From assembly GCF_964204645.1 (NCBI RefSeq), contig NC_134027.1, positions 19,430,560 through 19,494,559 on the forward strand: a DNA stretch of 64,000 nucleotides, in the 5' to 3' direction. The stretch comes from Tubulanus polymorphus (lineage: Eukaryota > Animalia > Nemertea). This document shows, one piece after another, positions 24,476 to 39,400 of the stretch (its first letter is position 1; each line of letters begins with the position of its first letter). The notes beneath the pieces are model-generated. The model searched no databases. It was not told the origin of the DNA and saw only the letters and a list, made by a program, of their open reading frames with translations. A program made the position numbers and the translations under genes.

Positions 24476-27400
24476 GTAATTTATAACCCACTTACAATGA
24501 AGCCCCAGATTGCTATTGCATTGCATTGCATTGAACCTAGTTTTAGCCCACTTGGGACCAAAGTCCCAGCAGGCTATCACGTTCACTTTTTGTCCATTTG
24601 TCTGTAAGCGGAATCCAGCTATCTCGGTAAGATTTGAAGACGCTTCAATGAATTGTCTTGTTCTTTGGTTTATAGTATCTACCTTAGAAACATCAAAAAG
24701 GTCATGTTTTCCCCTGAATTCCGAGACCTGTAGCTTCCGAATGGTTTGCCATTTTTCCATGATATTCTTGAAGCTTATACTTTGTGAAGGGCTCTTGAAT
24801 ATATTAGACAGATTCTTTGATCAGTCAAGCGTGACACAATTGGAAGCCATCTTAGTGCCATCACTCCTCATTTGTAGGTTTTTTGAGGAAAATATGTACA
24901 GGTTTTAACTTAAAGTCTTGATAAATGTTATCACTGTCATAAGATTCATCTCACCTGGAATTCGGATTAGCTAGGTTTTATTAAGACATGTTGTATGATT
25001 GTGTTTGAGTTTCAAGTCTCCAAAATATACATATGATTATAATAATGATTTTATTTTCATTTAACTTACATTTATACATGAATATTGATAGCAAAGAAAA
25101 GTTATACGAAAGCTAAAATAAGCGAACTGTAAGAATCAAAACCAACGGGGAAACGTGAGGGCCCATCCAGCCACAATACAGGGCTTACGAAATATGATTT
25201 AGAGTCAAGTCTTAGGTTTATGGGTCTTAGGTTTAGTGACACCTATATATAATATACTTTAACGAAATGCCGTTGCATCCGACTGTTAGTAAGAATCCTG
25301 CGACGGCTATGAAATATCTTGTCTGATATCAATATCAAAGCTGTGATCAGTTGTTGTATTTAAATGTACTGTATGTCAGCGTGCATTGTGTGAAAACATG
25401 CCTAAGACACATGGTGTAGCTGCCTTCCAAACAACTGCCAATCATTCTATGAACTGTCGTTGATAAAGCCAGAAACTGTCCCTTTCCCCAGTGACACCAA
25501 CTCCCATGTATACTCGTCCACTGTAGAGTATTGGGAGGAAATTACTTTCGCTGTTCAATGGAATATGCCGTGAGCCAGATGACCAAATAGGACAGATTCT
25601 ATCTCTGTTTCTCATTCCTCTTTTCTATTCCCAAAACTCATCAACAAAAAAGCGAGGGATGATAGGACACATAGGTTTATTTCCAAACAAGATAACGTGC
25701 TTAGCAGCAAACCTCTCATCCCAAAAGTCACAAAATCACGAGAGAAAGGGACTTGCGTGTGAGTGCTAGGTTTCCAAAGACAGGTCTCAAACAATCAAGA
25801 AGCCGTTTCTTGATGGTAGGCTGCCAAAAGTTCACAAGCCACAAGTTCAACCTGTTTGGCAATACTCTATCCCTGGTAACCAAAGCAAATTCACCCACTC
25901 ATTTACCTATACATTAGTAGCAGAAGCTTGTGCGTCAAATAAATAGTTAACCTATATAGAACTTCTTGTCTTGTTATTTATTCTAAACCCAATTAACATG
26001 GCTACTCAATCAAAACAAATACGGTAAGTAATAAAATGAATGCAGTTTGCGTCAAATAAAACGAAACATAACCAGGGGTGCGAAGCCACATGCTGAACTC
26101 GCATGAAACAAGTCCACTAGAGTCACCCTGAGAACGAAAGGAAATTACAGCTCGAGCCAAACAAAGGTTAACTGGGTGACCAAATTTGAGTGCAGGCATA
26201 TTGCATGCCATGGATCAGATAACAATGATATAAGCTTACTATAATAATAAAAGTGTCGCAGCCTGAGAGATCTTCATTATAACAACGATAAAATGTATGG
26301 ATTTGTGAGCTGAATTCTCAATGTCCAACCTCATTAGTTTGCACAAATCTTCACTGCCCAACCCTACTAGTTGGCACAAAATGTTTACTGCCCACCTCAC
26401 TAGTTGGTGCAACACCTTCACTATCCAATGTCACTAGTTGGCGCAACACCTTCACTGCCAAATGTCACTAGTTGTCGCAACATCTACACTGCCCAACCTC
26501 ACTATTTGGCACAAAACCTTCACTGCCCAAGCTCGGTAGTTGGTGCAAAATCTTCAAAGTCCAACCTCGCTAGTTGGCACAAAACATTCACACTCAAACC
26601 TTGCTAGTTGGCATAGAAATTATACAGAAAAACGGCCGATCTTGTTGAAGTCTTCAGGCAAAATGTGTAGTGTCAGATTATTACACTGGTTTCACTGATG
26701 TCACCGGAAAAAGTTCCCCAAACAAGCAACATCTTAAAGCTTGAGCATTCCACAGCATATTTAAAATAGATAAATGATTTGTTTAACTTATTTACCTCAA
26801 GAGCAATTGATCCATAGATTTTTAGAACCATATGAATGAATAAATGTCAAAATTTATATAGTGCCAATTTCATAGATGTTCAAAGGCATTCTCTAGAAAT
26901 GATTACTATGGCTGGAAATGACGAATGAACAGATAAGATTTAAGTCCTGATTTGAATGCTGAGATGTTGTCAATGAGACGGATGGGAGTCGGCAGAGAGT
27001 TCCAAAGTTCAGGAGCAATGGCATAAAAGGATCAGCCACCATAGGTTTGAGCTTGTATCTGCGAACTGTCAGTAGATTTTGCAAATCAGAAGGGAGACAA
27101 CGAGATGGGGGTAAGGTGATAACAGGTCAGCTAGATATGATGGAGCTAAGTTATGTATGTCACGATTGCCACGTGACCAGGAAACCTCAAACCATTTAAC
27201 GGAAACTCGTCACGTTGGAAATGAATATGTTTATTTACACTATATACAGATAGTAGCAGACAGATACTTATATTCGGCCCAATAATGATCTTTGCTGCAT
27301 CAAATCATGTGGTCCTCAATGGATCGCTGCACTTGCAAGAAGCAAGACGAAAAATTCGCTCAGCACTTGTAGCCGGGAAAAGTGATAATATCGATGCGGC

Positions 27401-30400
27401 ACGTATAGCCGGAGATACAATAATCCACTGGCAGGCGTTAGCTACAAAATATAAGCCCACGTATCGGGCAAAGCGCGCTCGTGGCAGCTGCGACATACAC
27501 TGGACGCAGGCTTATGATATACTGCCACGATATATGTTCAGTAAGGGCTTATAAATGCCGTAAAAGTTACGGTCAACAGAGCAAGGTACACCTAGGTAAC
27601 ATAATAAAGCAAGGATACGCTGAGTGAAGATATATAGATTTGACACGTAGTTATTTATCGACCCCATTCGGTCGTGACAAAGGCTCCCCGGAAGAAAAAA
27701 AAATGGCAACATTTTTTTAAAAAGCTCACGGAAGAATGGTGGTACTACTTCTGAAAGTAAAAATTAAAATACAAGTGATTATGTACATAACATTAGCATG
27801 TGCTGTAAGTTAACGTCAACATTCACGTAGGGACAGGTGATCGGCTTAAGTAATCTGCCGTCACGTTCTCCGAACCTTTAATTGCTCCTATCCGGAACCG
27901 GAACTGCTGCAACATCAATGCCCAGCGCATTAAACGAGCATTATTTACGCGCGCCCTGTTTAAATATATGAGCGGCTGATGATCCGTTTCTAGATCAAAC
28001 TCAGATAGATACAAGTAACGCTCAAGCTTCTTGATGGACCAAACAATGCTATAGCACTCTTTTTCGATAACTGAATATACGCGTTCAGCAGGATTGAGCT
28101 TCTTGCTTATATACATAACGGGAAACATTATACCGTCTTCCTTCTGGTACAACGCACCACCCAGACATATGTCTGATGCATCAGTTCTGAGAATGAACTT
28201 CTCATTGAAGTTCGGCAACTTCAATATGGAACCGGAAGTAAGGGCCTGCTTTAGACTATCAAAAGCACACTGCTGAGCAGCTTCCCAGTTTACCTTGTTT
28301 GGTTGACCCTTTTTGGTCAGTTCAGTTAGTGGTGCGGCAATTGCCGAATAGTCGGGAATAAATCTCGAGTAAAATGAAGCCATTCCCAGGAACGACCTCA
28401 CAGCCTTTTTCGTTCTAGGGGGTGGTGAATCAACGATAGCCCTCACTTTGTCTTTGCAAGGTTCCAGTCGATCTGATCCTACAATGAAACCAAGACATTT
28501 TAGTTTGCTGAAACCAAGCTCGCATTTGCTTGGTCTAGCCGTTAGGCCAGCTTGCCTGTCGACGGAAGATTTCCTCAAGCGTCTCTAGGTGATGTTCCCA
28601 AGTAACTGTGAAAATAATATTGTCAACAAAATTATCTACGTTGGACATTCCCTTGAGAACTTTCCTTATTAAACGGTTGAAACTAGCCCCAGCATTAACC
28701 AGGCCGAAGGGCATTCTTTTGAACTGTTTTAACCCTTTACTGGTCGAGAAAGCCGTGTACGCTTTCGCGCCATCTTTCAAAGGTAAGTGCCAGTATCCCT
28801 TTGTCAGGTCGATCTGGCTGATATATTTATAACCAGACAATTTTGCAAATATTTGTTCTGTATCACCCATGGGTTCTGCATCAAATGTTGTCACCCGATT
28901 GATGTTTCTAAAATCAATACACACTCGGTTCGAACTGTCGGGTTTTTTACCATTAACAGTGGAGAAGAATATGGAGAATCGGAATCTTCAATGATTCCCA
29001 TCCCTTCCATCGCATCTATTTCTTTCTCAAGCACCTCGTTAGCGTTGAAGGGCAAGGGGTATTGCTTGGTTCGAATCGGTTCATTAGTGGACAAAACAAT
29101 GTCGTGTTCCACTAAATCCGTTTTACCTGGCTCGTCGGTCAAAACGTCATCATACCTTTGTAGTAAGGAAACTAACCCTTTCCGCTCCTCCGGGTTCAGG
29201 TCAGGGGAGACGACAACATCATGCAAACTTTTGCCGTCATTGGTCGGACAAAGAGATTTTACAAAATCATCACTCACCTCGTCTTTAACCATATTATCAC
29301 ATTCGATCACAGCCACCGCTGTAGAATGCGGAGTCACATTCGTACAAGTCGTAGGCTTCTCTGCACACATTTTCCTTAGCATCACTTTAAGGGTTCCGTT
29401 ATACCTTACACATAAGCCATTGCCCATACTGTGATAGGGAGTAATCGTTATACCCTTTAAAGACAGCAGTTGGTGGATGGCACCCATCATATCTGACGTA
29501 AACTGCCCTCCGTTGTCGGAGAGTACTTCTCTTGGAATTCCGATCCTGGAAAAAATATCGAGGAGAGCTTCGGCAACCCGCTCCGTATCCACGCTTGGCA
29601 AAGCCACAGCTTCCCGATATCTCGTTGCGAAATCTACGAGAGTAAGAATATATCTGTTATAAGTTTCAGTCACGGGATTCAAAGGACCAACGATATCAAC
29701 TGCTACACGTTCAAATGGTGTGCGTATTATTGGCATCTTACCCAACGATGCCTTAGACACGCGACCCTTCTGTGTACGTTGACATATATCGCATGACTGA
29801 CAATACCGTCTTATATCAGAGGTAATACCGGGCCAATAGAAATGGGGAGTAACGCGGTCTTCTGTACGCGCACAAGCCATGTGTCCACTAAGACACGTAT
29901 CGTGACCCATAGCCATCACCATGGACCGATATTTTACAGGAACAGCCACTTGATTAAAAACACGACCTTGGTTCACCTTTGGAGAACTGTACTTACGGTA
30001 TAATAATCCCTTCTTGTGAACAAAAGAAGTTGTTGCCCCGTTTAACTTCCTTTTTAATAGTACCGGATTTTGCCAACCCTCTACATTTAAATAATGACTC
30101 ATCACTTTGCTGAGCTTTCTTCAACTTTTCAGGCGTAACTTCCGTAGCACCAGTTAAATTAGAAATTTGTAACGGAGACAAAGGACGACTCTTTTATTTT
30201 CTGGGCTCTAGTTTTGACGGTACTGCAGACTCGCAAACTTCTATCAGGATTGTTGGGTTGTCTGGCTTGAGGAATATTCCCGATTACCAGGTCATAACAT
30301 GGATCATTCAGGCACCAAGCCTCGCACTCACCTGTGAAATATGGCGTATCCACCGACAACTTCGCGACAGGGGCCAAAATAGTTCTATTATCTATGCAAT

Positions 30401-33400
30401 TAAAACTTTGGTACTCGCCGGTTAATTGATCGGGGTTTACTAAACTTCTGTTTACGATCACGCCACTACAACCGGTGTCCCTAAGAACCGTGACGATCCG
30501 ACCACCGACTTTACCTTGAGAAATTGGCATATTTGAATTATATACAGGTGAATTATCATCGCCATCATGTACTGCCGCTGAACCTCGGTGCCCACGCTTT
30601 AGTTCTGGATGTTTCTTAAAACATCTCTCCACAGTATGACCGCTTATCTTACAAAACTCACAGACAGGTTTCGCCACTTTTGACTCACCTTTTCCTGGAT
30701 ACTGGCCATCGACCTGTCCATTGAACCTACTCCTGTTGTCCTGAGCGGGACTATTTCTATCCTTCCATAGCCGGGACAACCTTACACTATTTCCGCCCCT
30801 GGCCTCGCAAAATTGGTCAGCGAGCTTAATCTTCTCAGACAATGATTCGGGCACCCTTTCCTGCAAAAACAAAACCAGATCACTGTTACAGGTTTGCAGG
30901 AATTTATCACGCAACACTAGATCAAGTAATCCCTCATAGGTTTTTTTTCTGCGCCAGCCATCTCGATCCAGCGCGTTACATAATGTTCTAAACGCACAGA
31001 AAACTGTGTAAACGTCTCACCCTGTTCAGGCCTTGCTTGACGGATTTTTTCCCTGAAACCGTCTTCAGTCAATTCAAACCTCTTAAGTAGGGCGGTTTTC
31101 AAATGATCGTAATCTCTAATCTCTGAGGGAGGAACACGGGAATAAACCTCCAGCGCCTTTCCGGTCAGTAGAGCGCTCTAGTATGTGTTCCACACATCCC
31201 GTTCTATGCCAGCATTTTCAGCATAACGTTCAAACCTCAGTAGATATGCATCAATGTCATCTTTGCGTTCATCAAAATTTGGAATTTTAGGAGTTAAGAC
31301 AGACTTACCAGAGTTTGTTTGCGCATTCTGCGCCTCGAGAAGTGCGATCTGGTGACGCCGCTGGAGTTCGCGATCTTCGCGTTTCATGTTCTCACGCTCC
31401 TGCTCGCGGACCAGCTGCTCTCGCTCCTGTTCGCGCTACATTCTACGCTCCTCTCTAGCAATATCAATAAACTCTTGAAGCTCCTTATTCTCCAAACTTA
31501 ATTCCTTACCAACTTTAACAAACTTTTCAACATCCATATTTAACAATAAAACAGTTGAATATGAAGCAATTTTAAACACGAATGAAACAGGACAGTTTCC
31601 TTGTACTAGAGGAAACCCTTCAACCGTGAGCGACGGGATAAAAGTGAATAAAAACAAACACCCGTATAGAACTGCAATCTTCACTCTGCGATCCCTACTT
31701 ACGCGAAATTACCGTAAAATTGGAATACACCAGGGGACTCGTTAGATCATGCACGCGCTGCCCGTCATGGAGGAAATCCTACAAACCCACGTTGACTGTT
31801 CAAGTACAGTTATAGCCCTGAAACAAACAATAAGATAAACAGATGAAAAACCAGAACCACACGTAAACATTAATCATACACAATAAAGTTTTTTTCAAAT
31901 TATTTATAATGTCAATGTCCAATTCCACAATTAGAGTTGCTTCGACGACTTTAACTCAGCAGAACAGCGACATCCCATACCAACTTCGGCAAACAATGTA
32001 AGCAGCAACTTCGCACATTAATAACGAGATACGTGTTGTGTTTATATGTTGCGACAACAATCTTCAGACGAACTTTATACGATATCAGTTACGATGCTTC
32101 GCGAGATAACTTCCAACGACTGTTTACCGTTCTAAATTAAGCACTGTGGTGCTGATATGGCTAAATGAGGTATCCCACCGCTGCCACCATTGTCCCGATT
32201 GCCACGTGACTGGGAAACCTCAAACCATTTAACGGAAACTTGTCACGTTGGAAATGAATATGTTTATTTACACTATATACAGATAGTAGCAGACAGATAC
32301 TTATATTCGGCGCAATAATGATCTTTGCTGCATCAAATCATGCGGTCCGAGATGGATCGCTGCACTTGCAGGAAGCAAGACGAAAAATCGCTCGGCACTT
32401 GTAGCCGGGAAAAGTGATAATATCGATGCGGCACGTATAGCCGGAGATACAATAATCCACTGGCATAACCATTTGCGACACCTAAACCGCCTTTGCTCAA
32501 TAAAGAAGCACACTCAGTTATTTTCTACAGTCTATAGATAATCTTATGGAATACAAAGTGCTAAGTATAATTGAGGTGGCCATAGGATCATTGATTCCAT
32601 ATTTCTATTCATTCATTTTCTCAGTTTTCCAAATAGGTAACCGCCTAATTCATTGAAAAATGAAATTTCCAATAGTACAGGTTTAGGAGAATTCTACTGA
32701 AGAATATTTGTTGTTCATTTTTCAGGTACTACCTGGTATGCATCAATATTTTTAGTTGTAAATGCTGCTTTAGGGGCGGGTTTGCTGGCTTTGCCAGCAG
32801 CATTTAGTGCTGCAGGAGGTATCACTACTGCAATTTCTGTACAAGCTGTAAGTTACTAATTTTGAAAGCTTTATTTCAATGCAATAATTTTAATGGATGG
32901 TTGGTACTTACTTAACGTACATCTATCATTGATATTCTAAACCTTGTTCAAACCTTATTTCAGGTATTGATGGTGTTTATTGTCTCTTCGTTACTCGTAT
33001 TAGCCTATTGTTCTGATGTACATCAAAGCGCCACCTATCAGGATGTGATCTATTCGCTGTTAGGCAGGACTGCACAGACAATCTGTTCAGTGTGTATTGT
33101 ACTGTATTGTTTTGGAACTTGTATCACATTTTTCATCGTGGTCGGTGATCAGTGGGACAGATGTAAGTATTTTTATTTTAGCCCACTTGCGCCATTTAGG
33201 TGAAGCTTTTAAGGTCTATTTGCGTTACTTTTCTTCCCTAGACGTAGGCCTTACCAAGTTATTTTGGGAAGATTTATTTTGGGAAGATTTGAAAAAATGA
33301 TGATGCATTTTCTTGATGTTTGTTTAACACATATACATGTACCTTTGGCACACAGGCTATGAAAAAAATCAATTAGAAATAAGATGGCTGTCCTATAGAA

Positions 33401-36400
33401 TTTATGAGCCAAAAAAAGTCAATACAGGTCTCAATTCAGTTGGATGGTATGGAAATTACGGGTAGATAGGTTTACTTTTGAAAGGGTTTTTTTAAATATA
33501 AGGTTTTTGGATCAGTAAATTCTTCTACAATCGGCAGCCAACACGCAGTCAACCCACACCTCATTCATTGATGGAGAATGGTTGTTTGAGGAAAATGCCA
33601 AAAGGAAATCGCCTTACATTTATTTTTAAATTAGGGCTCATATTGTCAAGAGACACATTTTCTATTATCCTGTTTATCAAGGAGTTGGAAATTACAATAT
33701 AACCAATTCGTATGGGTACCTATTTTGTCATCACAATCTATCGCAAATTTGTAGCATATAACATATTCTATGAACGTGGTCAGTTTCAATGTCATTCGTT
33801 TTGTTTATATGTTCACCAGGAATTGAGTAGTCAAATACCTTGTTAGCCCACTTGGGACTTTAGTCCCAGCGGGCTATTGCGTTCACTTTTCGTCCGTCCG
33901 TCATAGCGTCCGTCCGTCCGTCCGTAGACGGAATCCAGTTATTTTGGGAAGTTTTGAAGACGCTTCAAGGTAATGTCTTGATATTTGGGTTACACATGTA
34001 TCTACCCTAGACACATCTTCAGCCCAAAAACTGGCCCTGTCAGATTCAAGATGGCTGACTGGCAGCCATTGTTGTTCGCCAAAATCAGCACTTTTTACAC
34101 ATTTTTGAACTTTTTGAGGGAAATTTTGAAGACGCTTGGATCAATTACCTTAATCTTTCGGATATATGTGAATTCCCCCAGGGCCCATCAGCATAACAAA
34201 AATTGGGTCGATCGGACTCAAGATGGCCGTCCTATGACCTTTTTAGTGCCCAAAAATGTTAATTTTAGCCCAAATTCTGAGTCCTGTAGCTTCCTACTGG
34301 TTTATCATTTCTCATTGCAATTTGTGATGGGTATTCTTTGGAAAGAGATGTTTTATACCTGAGACAGGTATTTTTCATCAGCCAATTATGACGCAATTGG
34401 CGGCCATCTTGGTGTCAGCAGTACTCGTTCGTGAGTGGGAAAAAGTTTTTCCACATTATATTGATACCTAAGCGTATTTTGTTACCACAATCATTTAGAA
34501 AGTTGTAGCTCATAACGTGTTCTATGATTGTGGTGAGTTTCAAGGTCATTGGTTTTTGTATATGGCCACCAGGGGGGCGTTGAATAATGCAATATCTTAG
34601 TATTTCTATATTATATTCGTATCAAAGCATATTTTGTTACCACAAGTAATTGCAAAGTTGTAGCTCATGACATCATCTATGATTGTGGCAAGTTTTAAGG
34701 CCATTAGTTATTCTATATGGTCACCAGGGGGCGTTAAATAGTAGAATAACTTAGTATTTCCTTATTATATTGGTACTTAGGCATATTTTGTTACCATGAT
34801 CAATTACAAAGTTATAGTTCGTGACATGTTGTATGATTGTGGTGAGTTTCAAGGTCATTGGGTTTTGAATATGGTCACCAGGGGGCGTTGAATAGTAGAA
34901 TAACTTAGTATTTCCATATTAAAGTGGTAACGAGGCATATTTTGTTATCACAATCAATTACAAAATCGTAGCTGCTGACATGTTCTATGATTGTGGTGAG
35001 TTTCAAGGTCATTGGATTCTGTATATGGTCACCAGGGGGCGTTGAATATTGAAATTGTTAGATTGTTGAGCATTTGGAACCACTTCCCAAGTGGGCATGG
35101 TGTCCCTGGACCCCTAGTATTTTCATTTATTCGTACTTGTATATATTTTGTAACCACAATCAATTGCAGGTCGTGACATGATCTATGTGAACATGTGAAA
35201 GATATTTGTTTCTGTATTTTTCACCTTGAGGGCCATTGAATATTGTACTGAAATTGTTGATTATTTTGCTTGTGTTCATTGTGGGTTTACCATAGTTCAG
35301 TAGCGGCTCAATTTTGCGCTACCAAACAATTACATAGAACATTAATACTAAATATAGCTGCAAAGCAGCGATGACAGGTTTTCTGTACAGCCTTGTTCGT
35401 ATTCTTGATCTTGTCTGGATAATGTGTCAACCAACGAATGCGTGTATGCCGACGCAGCCCCACTATGGTATGAAAATGAAGGGAATTTAGAATCGGGTTC
35501 AACGGCCAACACGGTTTTATAAAAGGAAGGTCTACAAACAGTCAATTGGGCTTACTTAAAACTTGACTCTGGATAGGCCTTAATTAGTCTTTATAGATTT
35601 CAAAAAAAGCATTTGATAAGGTACTTCATCAGCGATTACTAAACAAGCTATTTGAAAATGGTATCGATGATCATGGGTCACTTAAATGGCTCAGCATTTT
35701 TCTACGAACAAAAAAGGTGGCCGAAATCAACGGAACTGTGTCATCTTGGAAATAAGGTCTAACCAGTGGAGTAATGCAAGGTAGTATCCTAAGTCTCCTT
35801 CTCTTCACTGTCAAATGATATACAGAATAATCCAAGATGTACAGGTCCAGTGAATTTCCAAAACGAACTAAACAATGTTTGTTCCATACATGGTCTGAAA
35901 CAAGGCATAATATGGATGTACGAAGAAAACCGAGGTTCATTGTCTTATACGTGCGAGTGATAAAGATTATTTTGTTCGAATGAAGATAACTCCTTACTAA
36001 CTACAAAAAGACTATTGAGTTCCATGAAAAATTTTTCTTTGGAATGAACACTTGGATCGAACAATATACTTCTTCGAACGAAAATTTTATGTCCCGAAAA
36101 GAATATTTTGTTCGAATGAAAACCATTCTGTTCGATCGAGCAATGTACTTTTTGTACGAAAGAAAAACTTTTTTCTGACAAAAAACCTTTTGAGCGAAAA
36201 CAATTAACAAATAAAAAAAAAAGTTTTGTACGCTCGAAATCAATTTTGTTTGATCGAACAAAATATTTTTTGTTCAAAAAGATGTTCAAACGAAGAAAGG
36301 ATCTTTTTCATCTTGGGCTCCGGAATAACAAAAGTCATTAGTAATAAATACCAGTTTCATTAATGATGAAAAAACTTAAATGAAAACTTAAAGTTTATAA

Positions 36401-39400
36401 AGCTGCCTGTTAGACAATGCTATAAAAGCTTTAAAAAAATCTTTATATGTAGGCCTACATATGCGCATATGCCTGACAGAAGGCGCTTAGGCCTATTGCT
36501 AATCAACCCTCCTAAACATCGTATTCCTACACCTTATTTAACAGGGGTAGGTCTCGCATTCCATTCATAAAATCAATTTTTCGGATTATGAAGAAACATT
36601 GTTGGCCTAGAAGCGATGTCCTATCACCCACTGCATCGAAAACACTTACCTCGAATATCAAGGGTGAGTCCAGCTTACAGATAAGAATCTGTTCTATACA
36701 GGTGTTTTGTCTATATCCTGTAGATTTGGTAAAGATCGGTATGTACTGTTGGAAAAATAGAATATCGATAAATGGTTGAAGCCCGCGGCCGAATCACCGG
36801 TGTTGTAATAATGCGGAACAACGGAATTGCTGAATTGAAAAAAAACACAAAATTTCTTTATTTTCTCTATAAAGAGTACTGTGTTTTCCCATGGGGATAC
36901 CCATTGTCGGACAAGGCACCAGACCGATCGATGCACTGAGTTAGGTTCGAATCCCATTATTTGCAGGCTATTTTATCGGAAATTATTTTACGCTTCTGTT
37001 GACTGGCTGCCAGCTGCAACCTGCAGCACAGTCAGAATCAAGTAGGAAAAAGAGACCACCTAGGCGTACTTTGGTTATCGACGTTAGTTGACTTTTTGCG
37101 AACTTCAGAAGGAATATTATCAGTTGAATTTGGGCACATTCACGGTAGGTCGGCCCGGTCGTTGTTCTACGTGGTTCCAAACATGAGATCCTAGGACCAA
37201 ACAAGTACCGATTTAGTACCAATAAGATTCTTATTTGATCCAAATAATCAGTACTTAGGAACAAATATGTAATAGCAGTCATTAAGAAAACATCTCATAA
37301 AACCAAACCATTTTATAATCTCTAATATCATTTAATTTTCATAAACTTTCCCAGATACACTACTTATGCTTATAACAACGTAGAAACACAACACGCATGA
37401 TCAATCCTAAAGCCAGAATGAAATATACATAAGGTCTATTTATTCATTTACCACCGTTTTTATTTGAGTCTTTCAGTGTAGTACGATACGGCGATACTTT
37501 GCATCACAGATTAAGTTGTTGACTGGCAATATAATGAATTATCACATAGGCCTACTGGTACCTGTTTATGAAAACATGTGTCCGATGCCTTGTCCGACAG
37601 TGAGTATCCCCACGGGAAAACCTGGTTACTATTTATAGTGAAAATGACGAAATTCCGTGTTTTTGAAAAATTCCGCGATTCCGTCGTTTCGCGATTTGAC
37701 AACACTGCCGAATCACTGGTAGTAATAAATTCATTTATTTTGATACCTCGTCACCGCAATAGCATTTCTCTGCCCACCTTTTGATACCTCGTCAACACAA
37801 CAGCTTTTCTCCGCTGCATCAGTTCGGCGTGTTTAGTTTAGGCTTACAACTCGCCGGTACCTAAATGATTTATCGTAGTAAATATCTGGTACATTTGGTA
37901 AAAGAAAATAGAATATTGTTAAACTAACTCTTTGAAATCCGCAGCAAAATCGCTGGGAGTAATTAATTTATTTGTACTTGATTTGATTCTAATGGTGTTG
38001 AGAAACTTGCAGCGGATCCGCGGAATGACGATGTTCACGGCACACGTTGATTCATCAACCTTTACAGCTCGACAGTGCTTTTGATATTAAAATGGGTAAT
38101 TGTTAAAATTACTGTTTGAACACCGCGGCTGAATGTGAAGTCTTGTGGTAATAAATTTGCGTATTTATGCTTTGATATAATGGAAGTCAATTGATAATGG
38201 AAGTGACGACTCAAAAAAACATGTCGCCTCATTGAATGGAGCCTAATTTTCGATGATTACGGCTTGACAGTGCTTTTATAACGTTGATTCATCAAAATAC
38301 CAACTGAGTATTTGTAGATCGAAGTGAGCTAAAGGATATTATACGAAATGTATCGGAAACAGTGGTAAGCTAAAAAAGCCTATGTACTTTCAACGAAAAT
38401 CGTGTGGGAAAGGGAAGATCGAAATAAAGCTCAAGCAGCGATAATGGGTTTTCTGCACAGCCTTGTTCATGTCGAACACGAACGTGTGTATGCTGACGCG
38501 GCCCCACCAGGCCATGAACGTGAAGGGAATTTAGAATCCTGTTCGACGGTCAACACGGTTTTAGAAAATGAAACTCTGCAAACATTCAATTGGGCTTACT
38601 TGTACCATGGATGATTGGACCAGATGGTAATTTGACTCTGGAAAATCGATTGTTAGGCCTTATTTAGTCTTTATGGATTTCAAAAAGCATTTGATAAGGC
38701 ACTACATAGCAATTACTAAACAAGCCTCTAGGAAATGGTATCAATGATGGGTCGCTTAAATGGCTCAGTTGTTTTCTCTGAAAACAGGGGGCCGAAATCA
38801 ACTGAACTGTCTATTCTTGGAAATAAGTAGATCTGACTAGTGGAGTCACTAAAGGAAGTATCCTAAGTGGTCTTCTCTTCACAGTCCTGATAAATGATTT
38901 ACAGAGTAATCCGAAATGTACGGGACCGAGTAAATTTCCAAAACGACCTTACCAAGTTTATCCGTACATGGTCAGAAACATTGAAGATAAACTTCAATCT
39001 AAAAATGTATAATATGGATATTGGATACAAAGTAAACCCAGTGGCATATTATACCTTTGTGTTCGAAAGAGAAGATTATTTCGATCGAATAAAGATTACT
39101 CATTATAACAAAAAGACTATTTAGTTCCACAAACAACTTTTTCTTTGGAATGAAAAACTGATCGATGGTACAACATACTTGTTTGAATGAAAAACTTAAT
39201 GTTCCGACAAGAAAATTTAGTTCGAATGAAAACAAAACTGTTTGATGGAACAATATACTTTTTGTTCGAACGAAAAACTTTTTGTCCCGACAAAAAGATT
39301 TGTTGAGCGAAAACAATTTTGTTCGAACAATTGTTCGAACAAATTTTTCAACAAAAGTTTTGTTCGAACGAAATCCATTTTGTTCGATCGCGATATTGGA

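Larger units (their letters stand above)
27158..32465 (-). mobile_element. Gmr1-like Ty3/Gypsy LTR retrotransposon (gag-PR-IN-RT-RH), inactivated
   Basis: gag (FERYAE, ALLKRF, CEFCKISGHTVERC), protease LRDTGCS, integrase (HHCC zinc finger, VAVDIVGP, LSDNG) at 28891-30105 upstream of RT (IDLTKGYW, FVDN) and RNase H (TDASD, EKEC, TDHQPL). Confidence 0.92.

Noticed and set aside
32172-32189. tRNA-Leu fragment
   Set aside because: It is the retrotransposon primer-binding site.
33985-34362. ORF repeated at 44824-45036 and resembling 24510-24908
   Set aside because: Lies within non-coding HINE copies, has no domain signature, and the frame is not conserved.
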